Notes: a model not told the origin generated them from the letters alone. DNA of 32,000 nt from Xanthomonas campestris pv. campestris str. ATCC 33913 (GCF_000007145.1 NC_003902.1:1117436-1149435); one strand, 5' to 3'. Shown: positions 9,432-20,529, numbered from the stretch's first letter. Program-made: numbers and translations.

Positions 9432-9450
9432 GCGCGCGGGTAGATCGCAC

Positions 9451-9485
9451 AAAAAGAAAGGGCGCCGACGGCGCCCTTTCTTTTT
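9451..9485. terminator. Bidirectional intrinsic terminator between convergent genes
   Basis: AAAAA-GAAAGGGCGCC-GAC-GGCGCCCTTTC-TTTTT: a perfect 11-bp stem flanked by A5 and T5. It serves the dehydrogenase gene (+) and the BI-1 gene (-). Confidence 0.85.
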
Positions 9486-9527
9486 GGAAGTGGGTTGCTT
9501 GAAGCCAGTGTCAAGCCATCAGACCAA

Positions 9528-9569
9528 GGGATCGCTGTTGCGATTCCCCAATCCCGATTCCCGATTCCC
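9528..9569. repeat. GATTCCC heptamer run with adjoining imperfect hairpin
   Basis: GATTCCC at 9542-9548, 9556-9562 and 9563-9569, plus AATCCC at 9550-9555. A hairpin GGGATCGC-TGTT-GCGAT(T)CCC (9528-9548) uses the first copy. The run abuts the BI-1 stop codon (9573). Confidence 0.7.
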
Positions 9570-9572
9570 GCC

Positions 9573-10334
9573 TCAGTTGCGCGACTGCAATTTCGACAGC
9601 AGGCGCAGGAACTCGATGTACAGCCACACCAGCGTCACCATCAGGCCGAACGCGCCGTACCACTCCATGTGCTTGGGCGCACCGTGCTCCACGCCGCTTT
9701 CGATGAAGTCGAAGTCCAGCACCAGGTTCAGTGCCGCCACCACCACCACGAACAGGCTGAAGCCGATACCGATCAGGCCCGAGTCGTGGATGAAAGGGAT
9801 ACGCACGCCGAACAGGCCCAGCACGATCGTCGCCAGGTACACCAGCGCGATACCGCCGGTCGCCGCGACCACGCCCAGCTTGAAGTTCTCGGTGGCCTTG
9901 ATCAAGCCGCTGCGATAGGCGAATAGCAGCGCAAACATGGTGCCGAAGGTCAGCAGCACGGCCTGGAACACGATGCCGTTGAAGCGTGCCTCGTACACGG
10001 CGGAAATCGAACCGAGGAAGAAGCCTTCCACCAGCGCATACAGCGCCGCGGTGACCGGTGCCCAGGTCGGCTTGAACGAGGTCGCCAGTGCGAACACCAG
10101 CCCGCCGATGGCACCGGCGATCATGTACAGCTTGGCGGCCGGCAGCGGCATGCCGTCGGCGCCCACCGACTGCGACCACGCAAACGCTGCGGTCACCACC
10201 GCCATCAGCAACAACAGGCCGGTCTTGTTGACGGTGCCGTTGAGGGTCATTGCCTGACCGTCGCGAGTGACCACCGAGCCGGAGCCGAGGTCGAGGAACG
10301 TGGATTCCCGAAGGGCAGGGTTGCCGCTACGCAT
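9573..10334 (-). CDS. Bax inhibitor-1/YccA family inner-membrane protein
   Basis: ORF 9573..10346 (-). MRSGNPAL N-terminus and about 7 hydrophobic helices typical of BI-1/YccA. The second ATG (10334) has GGAG 6 nt upstream; the first ATG (10346) is also possible. Confidence 0.85.
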   Translation of the reverse strand: MRSGNPALRESTFLDLGSGSVVTRDGQAMTLNGTVNKTGLLLLMAVVTAAFAWSQSVGADGMPLPAAKLYMIAGAIGGLVFALATSFKPTWAPVTAALYALVEGFFLGSISAVYEARFNGIVFQAVLLTFGTMFALLFAYRSGLIKATENFKLGVVAATGGIALVYLATIVLGLFGVRIPFIHDSGLIGIGFSLFVVVVAALNLVLDFDFIESGVEHGAPKHMEWYGAFGLMVTLVWLYIEFLRLLSKLQSRN

Positions 10335-10429
10335 GATGTTCTCCATGAAGGTTGTGCCCGCCGTGCTGGCGTGCGAGGTGAATGACTGCAGTTGTCAGGA
10401 TACCGGATGATCGATTTTGCGCGTGGTGA

Positions 10430-10458
10430 TTGACAGCAGCGTCAATCGTTCCCAAAAT
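10430..10458 (+). promoter_or_regulatory. Sigma-70-type promoter for the tRNA-Pro/Arg/His transcript
   Basis: TTGACA (10430-10435) - 17 nt - CAAAAT (10453-10458), about 40 nt upstream of tRNA-Pro. Confidence 0.55.
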
Positions 10459-10496
10459 AGCCGACCTTTCGAGCCTTCGGGATTGAAAGGTCCCGC

Positions 10497-10573
10497 CGGG
10501 GTATAGCGCAGTCTGGTAGCGCGCCTGCTTTGGGAGCAGGATGTCGGGGGTTCGAATCCCTCTACCCCGACCA
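10497..10573 (+). tRNA. tRNA-Pro (anticodon UGG)
   Basis: Hand-folded cloverleaf: acceptor CGGGGTA/TACCCCG, anticodon arm CCTGC-TTTGGGA-GCAGG, T-loop TTCGAAT, encoded CCA. Confidence 0.95.
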
Positions 10574-10616
10574 CTCTGAGCTCTTTGGCGGCGTGGGAAT
10601 GCGAAGTTCGGTCCGG

Positions 10617-10693
10617 GCGCCCGTAGCTCAACCGGATAGAGCACCGGCCTTCTAAGCCGGCGGTTACAGGTTCGAGTCCTGTCGGGCGCGCCA
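10617..10693 (+). tRNA. tRNA-Arg (anticodon UCU)
   Basis: Acceptor GCGCCCG/CGGGCGC, anticodon arm CCGGC-CTTCTAA-GCCGG, T-loop TTCGAGT, encoded CCA. Confidence 0.95.
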
Positions 10694-10723
10694 TCGGCGG
10701 TGCGGTAGGAAGTAGGTTTCAGT

Positions 10724-10801
10724 GGTGGCTGTAGCTCAGCTGGTTAGAGTACTGGATTGTGATTCCAGATGTCGGGGGTTCGAGTCCCCTCAGCCACCCC
10801 A
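10724..10801 (+). tRNA. tRNA-His (anticodon GUG)
   Basis: Extra 5' G(-1) pairing with C73, acceptor GTGGCTG/CAGCCAC, anticodon loop TTGTGAT, encoded CCA. Confidence 0.95.
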
Positions 10802-10840
10802 CTGATTGCAGGAAAGTTAGACCCGATGCATCGCGGGGTG

Positions 10841-10869
10841 TTGCAACGAAGCAAAAACGCACATACAAT
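10841..10869 (+). promoter_or_regulatory. Near-consensus sigma-70 promoter internal to the tRNA cluster (drives tRNA-Lys)
   Basis: TTGCAA (10841-10846) - 17 nt - TACAAT (10864-10869), 15 nt upstream of tRNA-Lys. Confidence 0.6.
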
Positions 10870-10884
10870 GTGCGACCAGTTTCA

Positions 10885-10960
10885 GGGCCGTTAGCTCAGT
10901 TGGTAGAGCAGTTGACTCTTAATCAATAGGTCCAAGGTTCGAATCCTTGACGGCCCACCA
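10885..10960 (+). tRNA. tRNA-Lys (anticodon CUU)
   Basis: Acceptor GGGCCGT/ACGGCCC, anticodon arm GTTGA-CTCTTAA-TCAAT, T-loop TTCGAAT, encoded CCA. Confidence 0.95.
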
Positions 10961-10965
10961 ATTAA

Positions 10966-10997
10966 AAGGCATCCGCACTGCGGGTGCCTTTTTCTTT
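10966..10997 (+). terminator. Intrinsic terminator after tRNA-Lys
   Basis: AAGGCATCCG-CACTG-CGGGTGCCTT (10 bp including one G-U pair) followed by TTTTTCTTT. Confidence 0.8.
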
Positions 10998-11037
10998 GCA
11001 GGCATCCCTGCAACAATGCACCCGCACGTGCAGCCTC

Positions 11038-11122
<85 letters not shown>

Positions 11123-11324
11123 GTGCAGCGCGGCCGTGAATGTTCCGGCCGTTTCACGCGCACCGCGGCGGGCGCATCCCCGCAGCGCAGCCGTTCTTCG
11201 CATGCCGCTGGCAGCGGCCGCCGTTATCGGCGAAACTACAAGGCTCGGCGGCTTTCTCGCCATCCGTCAACCCGTCTCTTCCATCTCGTGCCGACGCCGT
11301 GTGCTGTCGGTGGCAGGAGTCAAC

Positions 11325-12617
11325 ATGCAAGCATCGATCGAATCCACCGGCAATCTGGAACGCCGTCTGACCTTCACCCTGCCGCAGGAGCGCCTGGAGA
11401 CGCATGTTGGTGGTCGCCTGCGCGAACTGGCGCGGACCACGCGCATCAAGGGCTTCCGGCCCGGCAAGGTGCCGACCAAGGTCATCGAGCAGCGCTTCGG
11501 TCAGCAGGTGCGTGCCGAGGCGATGGAAGGCCTGTTGCGTGAGACCTTCGATTCGGCGGTGCGCGAGCACTCGCTGCGTCTGGCCGGCAACCCACGCATC
11601 GACCAGGGCGAGAGCGATTTCGATTTCGTCGCCACCTTCGAAGTGGTGCCGGATTTCGGCGACATCGACGTGACCAACCTGTCGGTGGTGCGTCACACCG
11701 CTGAAGTCACCGATGCCGACATCGACCAGATGATCGAGAACCTGCGTCTGCAGCGCCGCACCTGGAACCCGGTCGAGCGCGGCGCGCAGGTCGGTGATCT
11801 GGTCGCGCTGGAGACCTGGTCGCAGGCCGGCAACGAGCGTCTGCCCGCTGAAGGCGTGGAGACCGGCAGCAGCGTGCTGGGCTCGGGCGTGATGTTCGAC
11901 CAAATCGAAAAAGGCCTGGAAGGCCTGTCCAAGGGCGAAGACAAGGCCCTGAGCATCGATTTCCCGGCGGACTGGCGCGTGCCGCAGCTGGCTGGCAAGA
12001 CGGTGCAGGTGCACGTCAAGGCGGTCGAGGTGTCCGAGCCGGTGCTGCCGGAAGTCAACAAGGAGTTCATCAAGAGCTTCGGCGTGAAGAGTGGCGATGC
12101 CGAGCAGTTCCGCGCCGACATCCGCACCAATCTGGAGCGCGAGCTCAAGGGTGCGCTGATGAACCGTCTGCGCCGTGAAGTGGGCGAGCAACTGATCGCC
12201 GCCTACGCGCACGTGGAAATGCCGCCGCGCCTGGTCGAGAACGAAGCCGGTTCGATGCTGGCGCAACAGGTCGACCAGATGCGTCGCAGCGGCCGCAACC
12301 CGGGCGAGATCCCGGCCGATGCGCACCAGGGGTTCATGGACGCCGCTGCCAAACGCGTGCTGGTAGGCCTGCTGGTGGGCGAAGTCGCACGTCGCAATGA
12401 GCTGCGCCTGGAATCCAAGCGTGTCAGCGAAACGCTGCGTCTGATCGCCTCGACCTACGAGGAGCCGGAACAGGTCATTGAGATGTACCGCAACGACCCC
12501 CAACTGATGAGTGGGCTGCAGAGCCGTGTGATGGAGGAGCAGGTGATCGACTGGATCGCCGAGCGCGCCAAGCACACCGAGCAGTCGCTTTCGTTCCAGG
12601 ACGCGATTCGCGTTTAA
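11325..12617 (+). CDS. tig: Trigger factor
   Basis: ORF frame 11136..12617. [20 protein letters not shown]...[10 protein letters not shown] ribosome-binding signature. The ATG at 11325 is preceded by AGGAG (11314-11318). Upstream of clpP-clpX-lon as in many gammaproteobacteria. Confidence 0.95.
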   Translation: MQASIESTGNLERRLTFTLPQERLETHVGGRLRELARTTRIKGFRPGKVPTKVIEQRFGQQVRAEAMEGLLRETFDSAVREHSLRLAGNPRIDQGESDFDFVATFEVVPDFGDIDVTNLSVVRHTAEVTDADIDQMIENLRLQRRTWNPVERGAQVGDLVALETWSQAGNERLPAEGVETGSSVLGSGVMFDQIEKGLEGLSKGEDKALSIDFPADWRVPQLAGKTVQVHVKAVEVSEPVLPEVNKEFIKSFGVKSGDAEQFRADIRTNLERELKGALMNRLRREVGEQLIAAYAHVEMPPRLVENEAGSMLAQQVDQMRRSGRNPGEIPADAHQGFMDAAAKRVLVGLLVGEVARRNELRLESKRVSETLRLIASTYEEPEQVIEMYRNDPQLMSGLQSRVMEEQVIDWIAERAKHTEQSLSFQDAIRV

Positions 12618-12711
12618 CGCGACCGCGTGGTACGAGCCCGCACCCGTTTAGCCAGGGTGCGGATCTCACACACGGGCATCGGCACAGGCCGCTGCCACAA
12701 CAGGAAGACTG

Positions 12712-13338
12712 ATGAGCATTGTGACTAAAGCCCTGAACCTGGTGCCCATGGTGGTCGAGCAGACCAGCCGTGGCGAGCGTGCGTATGACATCTACTCGCG
12801 TCTGCTGAAGGAGCGTCTGATCTTCCTGGTCGGTCCGATCGACGACCATATGGCCAACGTGATCGTGGCGCAGCTGCTGTTCCTGGAAGCGGACAACCCG
12901 GAAAAGGACATCAGCATCTACATCAATTCGCCCGGTGGCGTGGTCACCGCCGGCATGGCGATCTACGACACCATGCAGTACATCAAGCCGGACGTGAGCA
13001 CGATCTGCGTGGGCCAGGCGGCCTCGATGGGCGCGCTGCTGCTGGCATCCGGTGCGGCCGGCAAGCGCTATGCGCTGCCGAATTCGCGCGTGATGATCCA
13101 TCAGCCGCTGGGCGGCTTCCAGGGCCAGGCGACCGATATCGACATCCACGCCCGCGAGATCCTGACCTTGCGTTCGCGCTTGAACGAGATCCTCGCCAAG
13201 CACACCGGCCAGTCGCTGGAGACCATCGCGCGCGACACCGAACGCGACAACTTCAAGAGCGCGGTCGATGCACAGGCTTATGGCCTGGTGGATCATGTGC
13301 TGGAACGTCGTCCGGAAGAGTCGATCCAGCCGTCTTGA
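12712..13338 (+). CDS. clpP: ATP-dependent Clp protease proteolytic subunit
   Basis: 208 aa. [20 protein letters not shown], catalytic Ser context [11 protein letters not shown], and His in [16 protein letters not shown] Shine-Dalgarno. Confidence 0.97.
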   Translation: MSIVTKALNLVPMVVEQTSRGERAYDIYSRLLKERLIFLVGPIDDHMANVIVAQLLFLEADNPEKDISIYINSPGGVVTAGMAIYDTMQYIKPDVSTICVGQAASMGALLLASGAAGKRYALPNSRVMIHQPLGGFQGQATDIDIHAREILTLRSRLNEILAKHTGQSLETIARDTERDNFKSAVDAQAYGLVDHVLERRPEESIQPS

Positions 13339-13371
13339 GTCGCAGACGCCTGAAATTGCTGGAAAAACTGG

Positions 13372-13405
13372 CAGGGTCGGGCTGGACGAATGTCTCCCGA
13401 CCCTG
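13372..13405 (+). other. 10-bp perfect hairpin in the clpP-clpX spacer (attenuator or processing-site candidate)
   Basis: CAGGGTCGGG (13372-13381) / CCCGACCCTG (13396-13405) with a 14-nt loop, followed by TGCTATTCT rather than a clean T-run. Confidence 0.4.
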
Positions 13406-13462
13406 TGCTATTCTCGAAATCGAACCCCCGTGCATCGGGTGGGGTAACTGGGTAACAGAAGC

Positions 13463-14749
13463 ATGAGCGAAGACCGCCAAGGTCGTTCCGGCGACAGCAA
13501 CAAGATTCTCTACTGCTCGTTCTGCGGTAAGAGTCAGCATGAGGTCCGCAAGCTGATTGCCGGTCCCAGCGTATTCATTTGCGATGAGTGCGTGGAGCTG
13601 TGCAACGACATCATTCGCGAGGAACTCGAAGAGAAGGCGCAGTCGGCACGTTCCAGCCTGCCCAAGCCGCGCGAGATCCTTGAGGTGCTGGACCAGTACG
13701 TGATCGGTCAGCTGCGCGCCAAGCGCACGCTCGCGGTGGCGGTGTACAACCACTACAAGCGGATCGAGAGCCGGAGCAAGAACGACGAGGTCGAACTTGC
13801 CAAGTCCAACATCCTGCTGGTCGGCCCGACCGGCTCGGGCAAGACGCTGCTGGCCGAAACGCTGGCGCGCCTGCTCAATGTGCCGTTCACGATTGCCGAT
13901 GCCACCACGCTGACCGAAGCCGGCTATGTCGGCGAGGACGTGGAAAACATCATCCAGAAGCTGCTGCAGAAGTGCGACTACGACGTCGAGAAAGCGCAGC
14001 AGGGCATCGTCTACATCGATGAAATCGACAAGATCTCGCGCAAGAGCGAAAACCCGTCGATCACCCGCGACGTGTCTGGCGAAGGCGTGCAGCAGGCGTT
14101 GCTGAAGCTGATCGAAGGTACGGTGGCTTCGGTGCCGCCGCAGGGTGGGCGTAAGCATCCGCAGCAGGAATTCCTGCAGGTCGATACCAAGAACATCCTG
14201 TTCATCTGCGGCGGCGCGTTTGCCGGGCTGGACAAGGTGATCCAGGCGCGTTCCAACGATGCCGGTGGTATCGGCTTCGGCGCCAAGGTCAAGAGCAGCG
14301 AGCGCAAGCAGGAAGTCGGCAAGATCCTGGCCGAAGTCGAGCCGGAAGACCTGATCAAGTTCGGCTTGATCCCCGAGTTCGTCGGCCGCCTGCCGGTGGT
14401 CGCCACGCTCGAGGAACTCGATGAGCCGGCGCTGATCAAGATCCTGACCGAGCCGAAGAACGCCATCACCAAGCAGTTCAAGAAGCTGTTCGAGATGGAA
14501 AGCGTGGAGCTGGAGTTCCGTCCGGATGCACTGTCGGCGATCGCCAAGAAGGCGCTCAAGCGCAAGACCGGCGCGCGTGGCCTGCGCACCATCGTGGAAT
14601 CGGTGCTGCTGGATACGATGTACGAACTGCCGTCACAGGAAAACGTGAGCAAGGTGGTGGTGGATGAATCGGTGATCGAACACAAGTCCGAGCCGTATCT
14701 GATCTACCAGGCCCAGCCGGCTCCGGCCAAGGCCGCGTCTGGCGACTGA
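13463..14749 (+). CDS. clpX: ATP-dependent Clp protease ATP-binding subunit ClpX
   Basis: 428 aa. N-terminal zinc-binding [30 protein letters not shown], Walker A GPTGSGKT, Walker [10 protein letters not shown]. Confidence 0.97.
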   Translation: MSEDRQGRSGDSNKILYCSFCGKSQHEVRKLIAGPSVFICDECVELCNDIIREELEEKAQSARSSLPKPREILEVLDQYVIGQLRAKRTLAVAVYNHYKRIESRSKNDEVELAKSNILLVGPTGSGKTLLAETLARLLNVPFTIADATTLTEAGYVGEDVENIIQKLLQKCDYDVEKAQQGIVYIDEIDKISRKSENPSITRDVSGEGVQQALLKLIEGTVASVPPQGGRKHPQQEFLQVDTKNILFICGGAFAGLDKVIQARSNDAGGIGFGAKVKSSERKQEVGKILAEVEPEDLIKFGLIPEFVGRLPVVATLEELDEPALIKILTEPKNAITKQFKKLFEMESVELEFRPDALSAIAKKALKRKTGARGLRTIVESVLLDTMYELPSQENVSKVVVDESVIEHKSEPYLIYQAQPAPAKAASGD

Positions 14750-14811
14750 GGCCTCGCGGCGATGCCGGCAGGCCGTGGCCTCGCTGGCGGCTAAAGGGTT
14801 TCCGACCGCTA

Positions 14812-14840
14812 CTTGCAACACCTCGCCGATGGCCCCATAA
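14812..14840 (+). promoter_or_regulatory. Sigma-32 (heat-shock) type promoter for lon
   Basis: CTTGCAA (14812-14818) - 14 nt - CCCCATAA (14833-14840), versus the E. coli sigma-32 consensus CTTGAAA-N13-15-CCCCATNT. Located 54 nt upstream of the lon ATG. Confidence 0.6.
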
Positions 14841-14860
14841 CGGGGCCATCGGCTTTTTTT
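14825..14860 (+). terminator. Intrinsic terminator of clpX
   Basis: Perfect 12-bp stem GCCGATGGCCCC (14825-14836) / GGGGCCATCGGC (14842-14853), 5-nt loop, T7 tract (14854-14860). Confidence 0.85.
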
Positions 14861-14893
14861 ACGCCCCAATTCCTCGATCCCGCGGAGCGCCCC

Positions 14894-17365
<2,472 letters not shown>

Positions 17366-17394
17366 AGTGCGCTCTTTAAACCCAGGCAAAACAG

Positions 17395-17427
17395 GCCAAA
17401 ACCCGCGTCGTTATTGGGTTTTGGCTT
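17395..17427 (+). terminator. Hairpin after lon (weak terminator)
   Basis: GCCAAAACCC (17395-17404) / GGGTTTTGGC (17416-17425): 10-bp stem, 11-nt loop, only TT after the stem. Confidence 0.4.
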
Positions 17428-17454
17428 GCGCGCGCTTGGGTGCGCTGGTATAAA
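17426..17454 (+). promoter_or_regulatory. Sigma-70-type promoter for hupB
   Basis: TTGCGC (17426-17431) - 17 nt - TATAAA (17449-17454), about 125 nt upstream of the hupB ATG. Confidence 0.5.
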
Positions 17455-17579
17455 TGCACGACTCGTGGGCGCGGCAAAATGTGATGCGTCACGCGATACC
17501 ACTTGTGTCGGGTTCTTCGCTAACGGCAAGAGCGCCGATTGTCGATTCCGCGGCATCTGCCGCAAAGGGAGTTTCAAGA

Positions 17580-17852
17580 ATGAATAAAACCGAATTGATC
17601 GATGGCGTTGCCGCTGCTGCTGACATCTCCAAGGCTGAAGCCGGCCGTGCTGTCGACGCGGTTGTGAGCGAAATCACCAAGGCGCTGAAGAAGGGCGACG
17701 CTGTCACCCTCGTTGGCTTCGGCACCTTCCAGGTCCGCGAGCGCGCTGAGCGTACCGGCCGCAATCCGAAGACGGGCGACAGCATCAAGATCGCTGCTTC
17801 GAAGAATCCTGCATTCAAGGCTGGCAAAGCCCTGAAGGATGCAGTAAACTAA
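17580..17852 (+). CDS. hupB: DNA-binding protein HU-beta
   Basis: ORF frame 17454..17852. [28 protein letters not shown]...[21 protein letters not shown] (HU/IHF fold, 90 aa). The ATG at 17580 is preceded by AAGGGA. Follows lon as in E. coli. Confidence 0.95.
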   Translation: MNKTELIDGVAAAADISKAEAGRAVDAVVSEITKALKKGDAVTLVGFGTFQVRERAERTGRNPKTGDSIKIAASKNPAFKAGKALKDAVN

Positions 17853-17863
17853 TTGACTCGCTA

Positions 17864-17938
17864 GGGTGCTTAGCTCAGCGGTAGAGCGTCTCCCTTACAC
17901 GGAGAGGGTCGGGGGTTCGAAACCCTCAGCACCCACCA
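17864..17938 (+). tRNA. tRNA-Val (anticodon UAC)
   Basis: Acceptor GGGTGCT/AGCACCC, anticodon arm TCTCC-CTTACAC-GGAGA, T-loop TTCGAAA, encoded CCA. Starts 11 nt after the hupB stop, so it is probably co-transcribed. Confidence 0.95.
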
Positions 17939-17967
17939 GATAAGCACCAGGCAAAAGTTTCAAGCGC

Positions 17968-18044
17968 GGAGCGGTAGTTCAGCTGGTTAGAATGCTGGCC
18001 TGTCACGCCGGAGGTCGCGGGTTCGAGTCCCGTCCGCTCCGCCA
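17968..18044 (+). tRNA. tRNA-Asp (anticodon GUC), copy 1
   Basis: Acceptor GGAGCGG/CCGCTCC, anticodon loop CTGTCAC, T-loop TTCGAGT, encoded CCA. Confidence 0.95.
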
Positions 18045-18051
18045 GTTACAC

Positions 18052-18085
18052 CGAAGCCCCTGAGCAATTGGGGGCTTCGTTTTCT
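18052..18085 (+). terminator. Intrinsic terminator after tRNA-Asp copy 1
   Basis: CGAAGCCCC (18052-18060) / GGGGCTTCG (18071-18079), 10-nt loop, followed by TTTTCT. Confidence 0.65.
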
Positions 18086-18140
18086 CCGCAGCATTTGCAT
18101 TGAGCGGATGTCGTGGAGAGAAGATATCCAAGTTTAAAGC

Positions 18141-18217
18141 GGAGCGGTAGTTCAGCTGGTTAGAATGCTGGCCTGTCACGCCGGAGGTCGCGGGTTCGAG
18201 TCCCGTCCGCTCCGCCA
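18141..18217 (+). tRNA. tRNA-Asp (anticodon GUC), copy 2 (identical to copy 1)
   Basis: All 77 nt are identical to 17968-18044 by direct comparison. Confidence 0.95.
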
Positions 18218-18225
18218 GTTTTTCC

Positions 18226-18258
18226 AAGCCCTTGGCCTTGTGCCGGGGGCTTTTTTTT
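18226..18258 (+). terminator. Intrinsic terminator after tRNA-Asp copy 2
   Basis: AAGCCCTTGGC (18226-18236) / GCCGGGGGCTT (18242-18252): 11 bp including two G-U pairs, 5-nt loop, inside a T8 run (18251-18258). Confidence 0.6.
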
Positions 18259-18382
18259 GGCCGAGGTCAATGCGTTCCGTTGGCAACCGGACAAGCGGCT
18301 GGCGCTACGGTGGTGTCGGGCTGGGTGCCCGGCTGCGAAGCGCGTTACACTGCGCGGCTCGCCCACAGGCCGTGATTTGCCA

Positions 18383-20353
18383 ATGCTGCAGAAACTTCGC
18401 GACAAGACGTCAGGCTGGATCGCTACCGCCATCCTGGGGTTGCTGATGATTCCGTTCCTGTTCGTCATCGACAACAGCTACCTTGGCGGCATTGGCGCCA
18501 ACAACGTGGCCAAGGTGCAGGCACCCCCGACATGGTGGAAGTCCGCACCGTCATGGTGGCCGGTCTCGCTGCTGTGGCAGCACCATGAGATCAGCACGCA
18601 GGATTTCCGTGCGCGCTTCGAACAATCGCGTATGCAGGAACGTCAGCGCCAGGGCGAGAATTTCGACCCGCGTCAGTTCGAATCGCGCGAGAACAAACTG
18701 CAGGTGCTCGATCAGTTGGTCGACGAGCAGGTCGTGCGTTTGGGTGCGGAAGATGCGGGAATCGTGATCGGTGATGCCACCGTGCGCGATTACATCGCCA
18801 ATATTCCGGCCTTCCAGATCGATGGCAAGTTCAGCCCCGATCAGTATCGCGCAGCGCTTGCGCAGGGCACCCCGCCGCGCACGCCTGCGCAGTTCGACGC
18901 GCTGGTGCGCGATAGCTTGCAGCAGTCGGTGATTCCGCAAGCGGTGGCCGAATCGGGCTTTGCGACCAAGAGTGAATTCGAGCGCCTGCTCACCTTGATG
19001 GGCGAGACGCGCGATGTCGAGTTGGCGATGCTGCCGGAGCCGACCGCCGATACCGCGCCGGTCAGCGATGCACAGATCAAGCAGTGGTACGACGGGCATC
19101 CGCAGGATTTCCGCCAGCCGGAAACTGTGACGATCGAATACGTCGAGCTCAATGCAGCTACCTTGCCGCCCGCCACCGCGGCTGACGAAGCAACGCTGCG
19201 TAAACGCTATGAAGAAGAGAAGGCACGGTTTGTCGAGCCGGATCAGCGTCTGGCATCGCACATCCTGATCAGTGCCGGCAGCGATGCCGCTGCGCAGAAG
19301 GCCGCTGAAGAAAAAGCGGCCAAGCTGGCTGCCGAGGCCAAGCAGCCGGGCGCGGACTTTGCTGCGCTGGCCAAGGCCAACTCGCAGGACCCGGGTTCCA
19401 AGGACGCCGGTGGCGATCTGAGCTGGGTCGAGAAGGGCACGATGGTCAAGCCGTTCGAAGACGCGCTGTTCGCGATGAAGGCAGGCGATGTGGTCGGCCC
19501 GATCAAGACCGAGTTTGGCTACCACGTGATTCAGTTGCGTGAGGTCAAGGGTGGGCAGGGCAAGTCGTTCGAGCAGGTGCGTGACCAATTGGCTGCCGAG
19601 CAGCTCAAGGCCGACGCCGACAAGGCGTTTGCCGACCTGAGCGGCAAGCTCGTCGACCAGGTCTACAAAAACCCCACCGCGCTGGAGCCGGCGGCCAAGC
19701 AGGTCGGCCTGCCGGTGCAGACGCTGGGCCCGTTCTCCCGAACTGATGCCAGCGGCATTGCCGCCAACCCGGCGGTGCTGCGCTCGGCGTTCTCCGAGAC
19801 GCTGGTGCAGGACGGTACGGTGAGCGACCCGATCACCATTGCGCCCAATCACAGCGTGGTGTTGCGCGTGACCAATCACACCGCCGAACAGACACTGCCG
19901 CTGGACAAGGTGCGCGAGAAGGTGATTGCCGCAGTGCATGCGGACCGCACCAAGAAATCTGCGGTGGCTGCGGCCGACGCGCTGCTGGCGCGTGTGCAGA
20001 AGGGTGAAACCCTGCAATCGCTCGCGGCGGCCGAAAAGCTGCAGGTCACGCCGATTCCGGGGCTGCCGCGCACCGCGCCGGTGCCGACGCCCGCCGCCAA
20101 TCGCGCGATCTTCAGCGCCCCGCGCCCTACCGAAGGCAAGCCGTCGGTTGGCAAGGTTGAGCTCACTGGCGGGCGTTATGCGGTGTTCGTGGTGAGTAAA
20201 TCGACCCCGGGCGATCTTAAGCAGATGCCGGCCGAGCAGCAGACCATGCTGCGCGAGCAGCTGAGTCAGATCGACGGCGGCAATGCGGCGCAGGCCTACG
20301 TCAAGGAAATGCGCAAGCGCTACAAGATCCAGATCGAAGAAGCGCAGCTGTAA
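18383..20353 (+). CDS. ppiD: Periplasmic chaperone / peptidyl-prolyl cis-trans isomerase D
   Basis: ORF frame 18257..20353. MLQKLRDKTSGWIATAILGLLMIPFLF N-terminal membrane anchor and an internal parvulin domain (DLSWVEKGTMVKPFEDALFAMKAGDVVGPIKTEFGYHVIQL). The ATG is at 18383. Follows hupB as in E. coli. Confidence 0.92.
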   Translation: MLQKLRDKTSGWIATAILGLLMIPFLFVIDNSYLGGIGANNVAKVQAPPTWWKSAPSWWPVSLLWQHHEISTQDFRARFEQSRMQERQRQGENFDPRQFESRENKLQVLDQLVDEQVVRLGAEDAGIVIGDATVRDYIANIPAFQIDGKFSPDQYRAALAQGTPPRTPAQFDALVRDSLQQSVIPQAVAESGFATKSEFERLLTLMGETRDVELAMLPEPTADTAPVSDAQIKQWYDGHPQDFRQPETVTIEYVELNAATLPPATAADEATLRKRYEEEKARFVEPDQRLASHILISAGSDAAAQKAAEEKAAKLAAEAKQPGADFAALAKANSQDPGSKDAGGDLSWVEKGTMVKPFEDALFAMKAGDVVGPIKTEFGYHVIQLREVKGGQGKSFEQVRDQLAAEQLKADADKAFADLSGKLVDQVYKNPTALEPAAKQVGLPVQTLGPFSRTDASGIAANPAVLRSAFSETLVQDGTVSDPITIAPNHSVVLRVTNHTAEQTLPLDKVREKVIAAVHADRTKKSAVAAADALLARVQKGETLQSLAAAEKLQVTPIPGLPRTAPVPTPAANRAIFSAPRPTEGKPSVGKVELTGGRYAVFVVSKSTPGDLKQMPAEQQTMLREQLSQIDGGNAAQAYVKEMRKRYKIQIEEAQL

Positions 20354-20376
20354 GCCCTTCTGATATCGATAAAACG

Positions 20377-20406
20377 GAAAAGCCCGGCATCACCGGGCTT
20401 TTCTTT
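20377..20406. terminator. Bidirectional intrinsic terminator after ppiD
   Basis: GAAAAGCCCGG (20377-20387) / CCGGGCTTTTC (20393-20403): 11-bp stem, 5-nt loop. T-rich on the + side (TTTTCTTT) and on the minus side (CTTTTCCGTTTTA). Confidence 0.85.
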
Positions 20407-20529
20407 GGCCGAGATACGGAGCCATTGTGGCTTGGTGGTCTGTTGTTTGGTGAGCGCGACGGTTGTGGACAGGGGTGTGGGCAGGCGCGTGGTACGACCG
20501 TGCGCTGTAGCGATCTGCTGGAGGTGGTA

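Noticed and set aside
8253-9452. 399-aa minus-strand ORF
   Set aside because: Antisense to the isocitrate/isopropylmalate dehydrogenase-family gene. It also runs through the strong bidirectional terminator region.
10327-10694. ORFs of 99-105 aa overlapping the tRNA cluster (also 10919-11263, 18003-18474, 26478-26885)
   Set aside because: They are built from tRNA gene sequence read on the opposite strand. The tRNAs fold into complete cloverleaves.
11136-11324. N-terminal extensions of track ORFs (tig from 11136, lon from 14813, hupB from 17454, ppiD from 18257, dnaQ from 24482, methyltransferase from 23391, moaA from 29883, MBL from 28969, GT9 to 28742)
   Set aside because: The extensions cross tRNAs, terminators or neighbouring genes and lack family similarity. 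Internal ATG/GTG codons with Shine-Dalgarno sequences give the canonical N-termini.
11154-12575. 473-aa minus-strand ORF
   Set aside because: Antisense to trigger factor; a shadow ORF.
17968-18217. Possible CRISPR-like regular repeat (two identical 77-nt units with a 96-nt spacer)
   Set aside because: The units are complete tRNA-Asp genes. There are only two copies and no cas genes.
18551-20017. 488-aa minus-strand ORF
   Set aside because: Antisense to ppiD; a shadow ORF.
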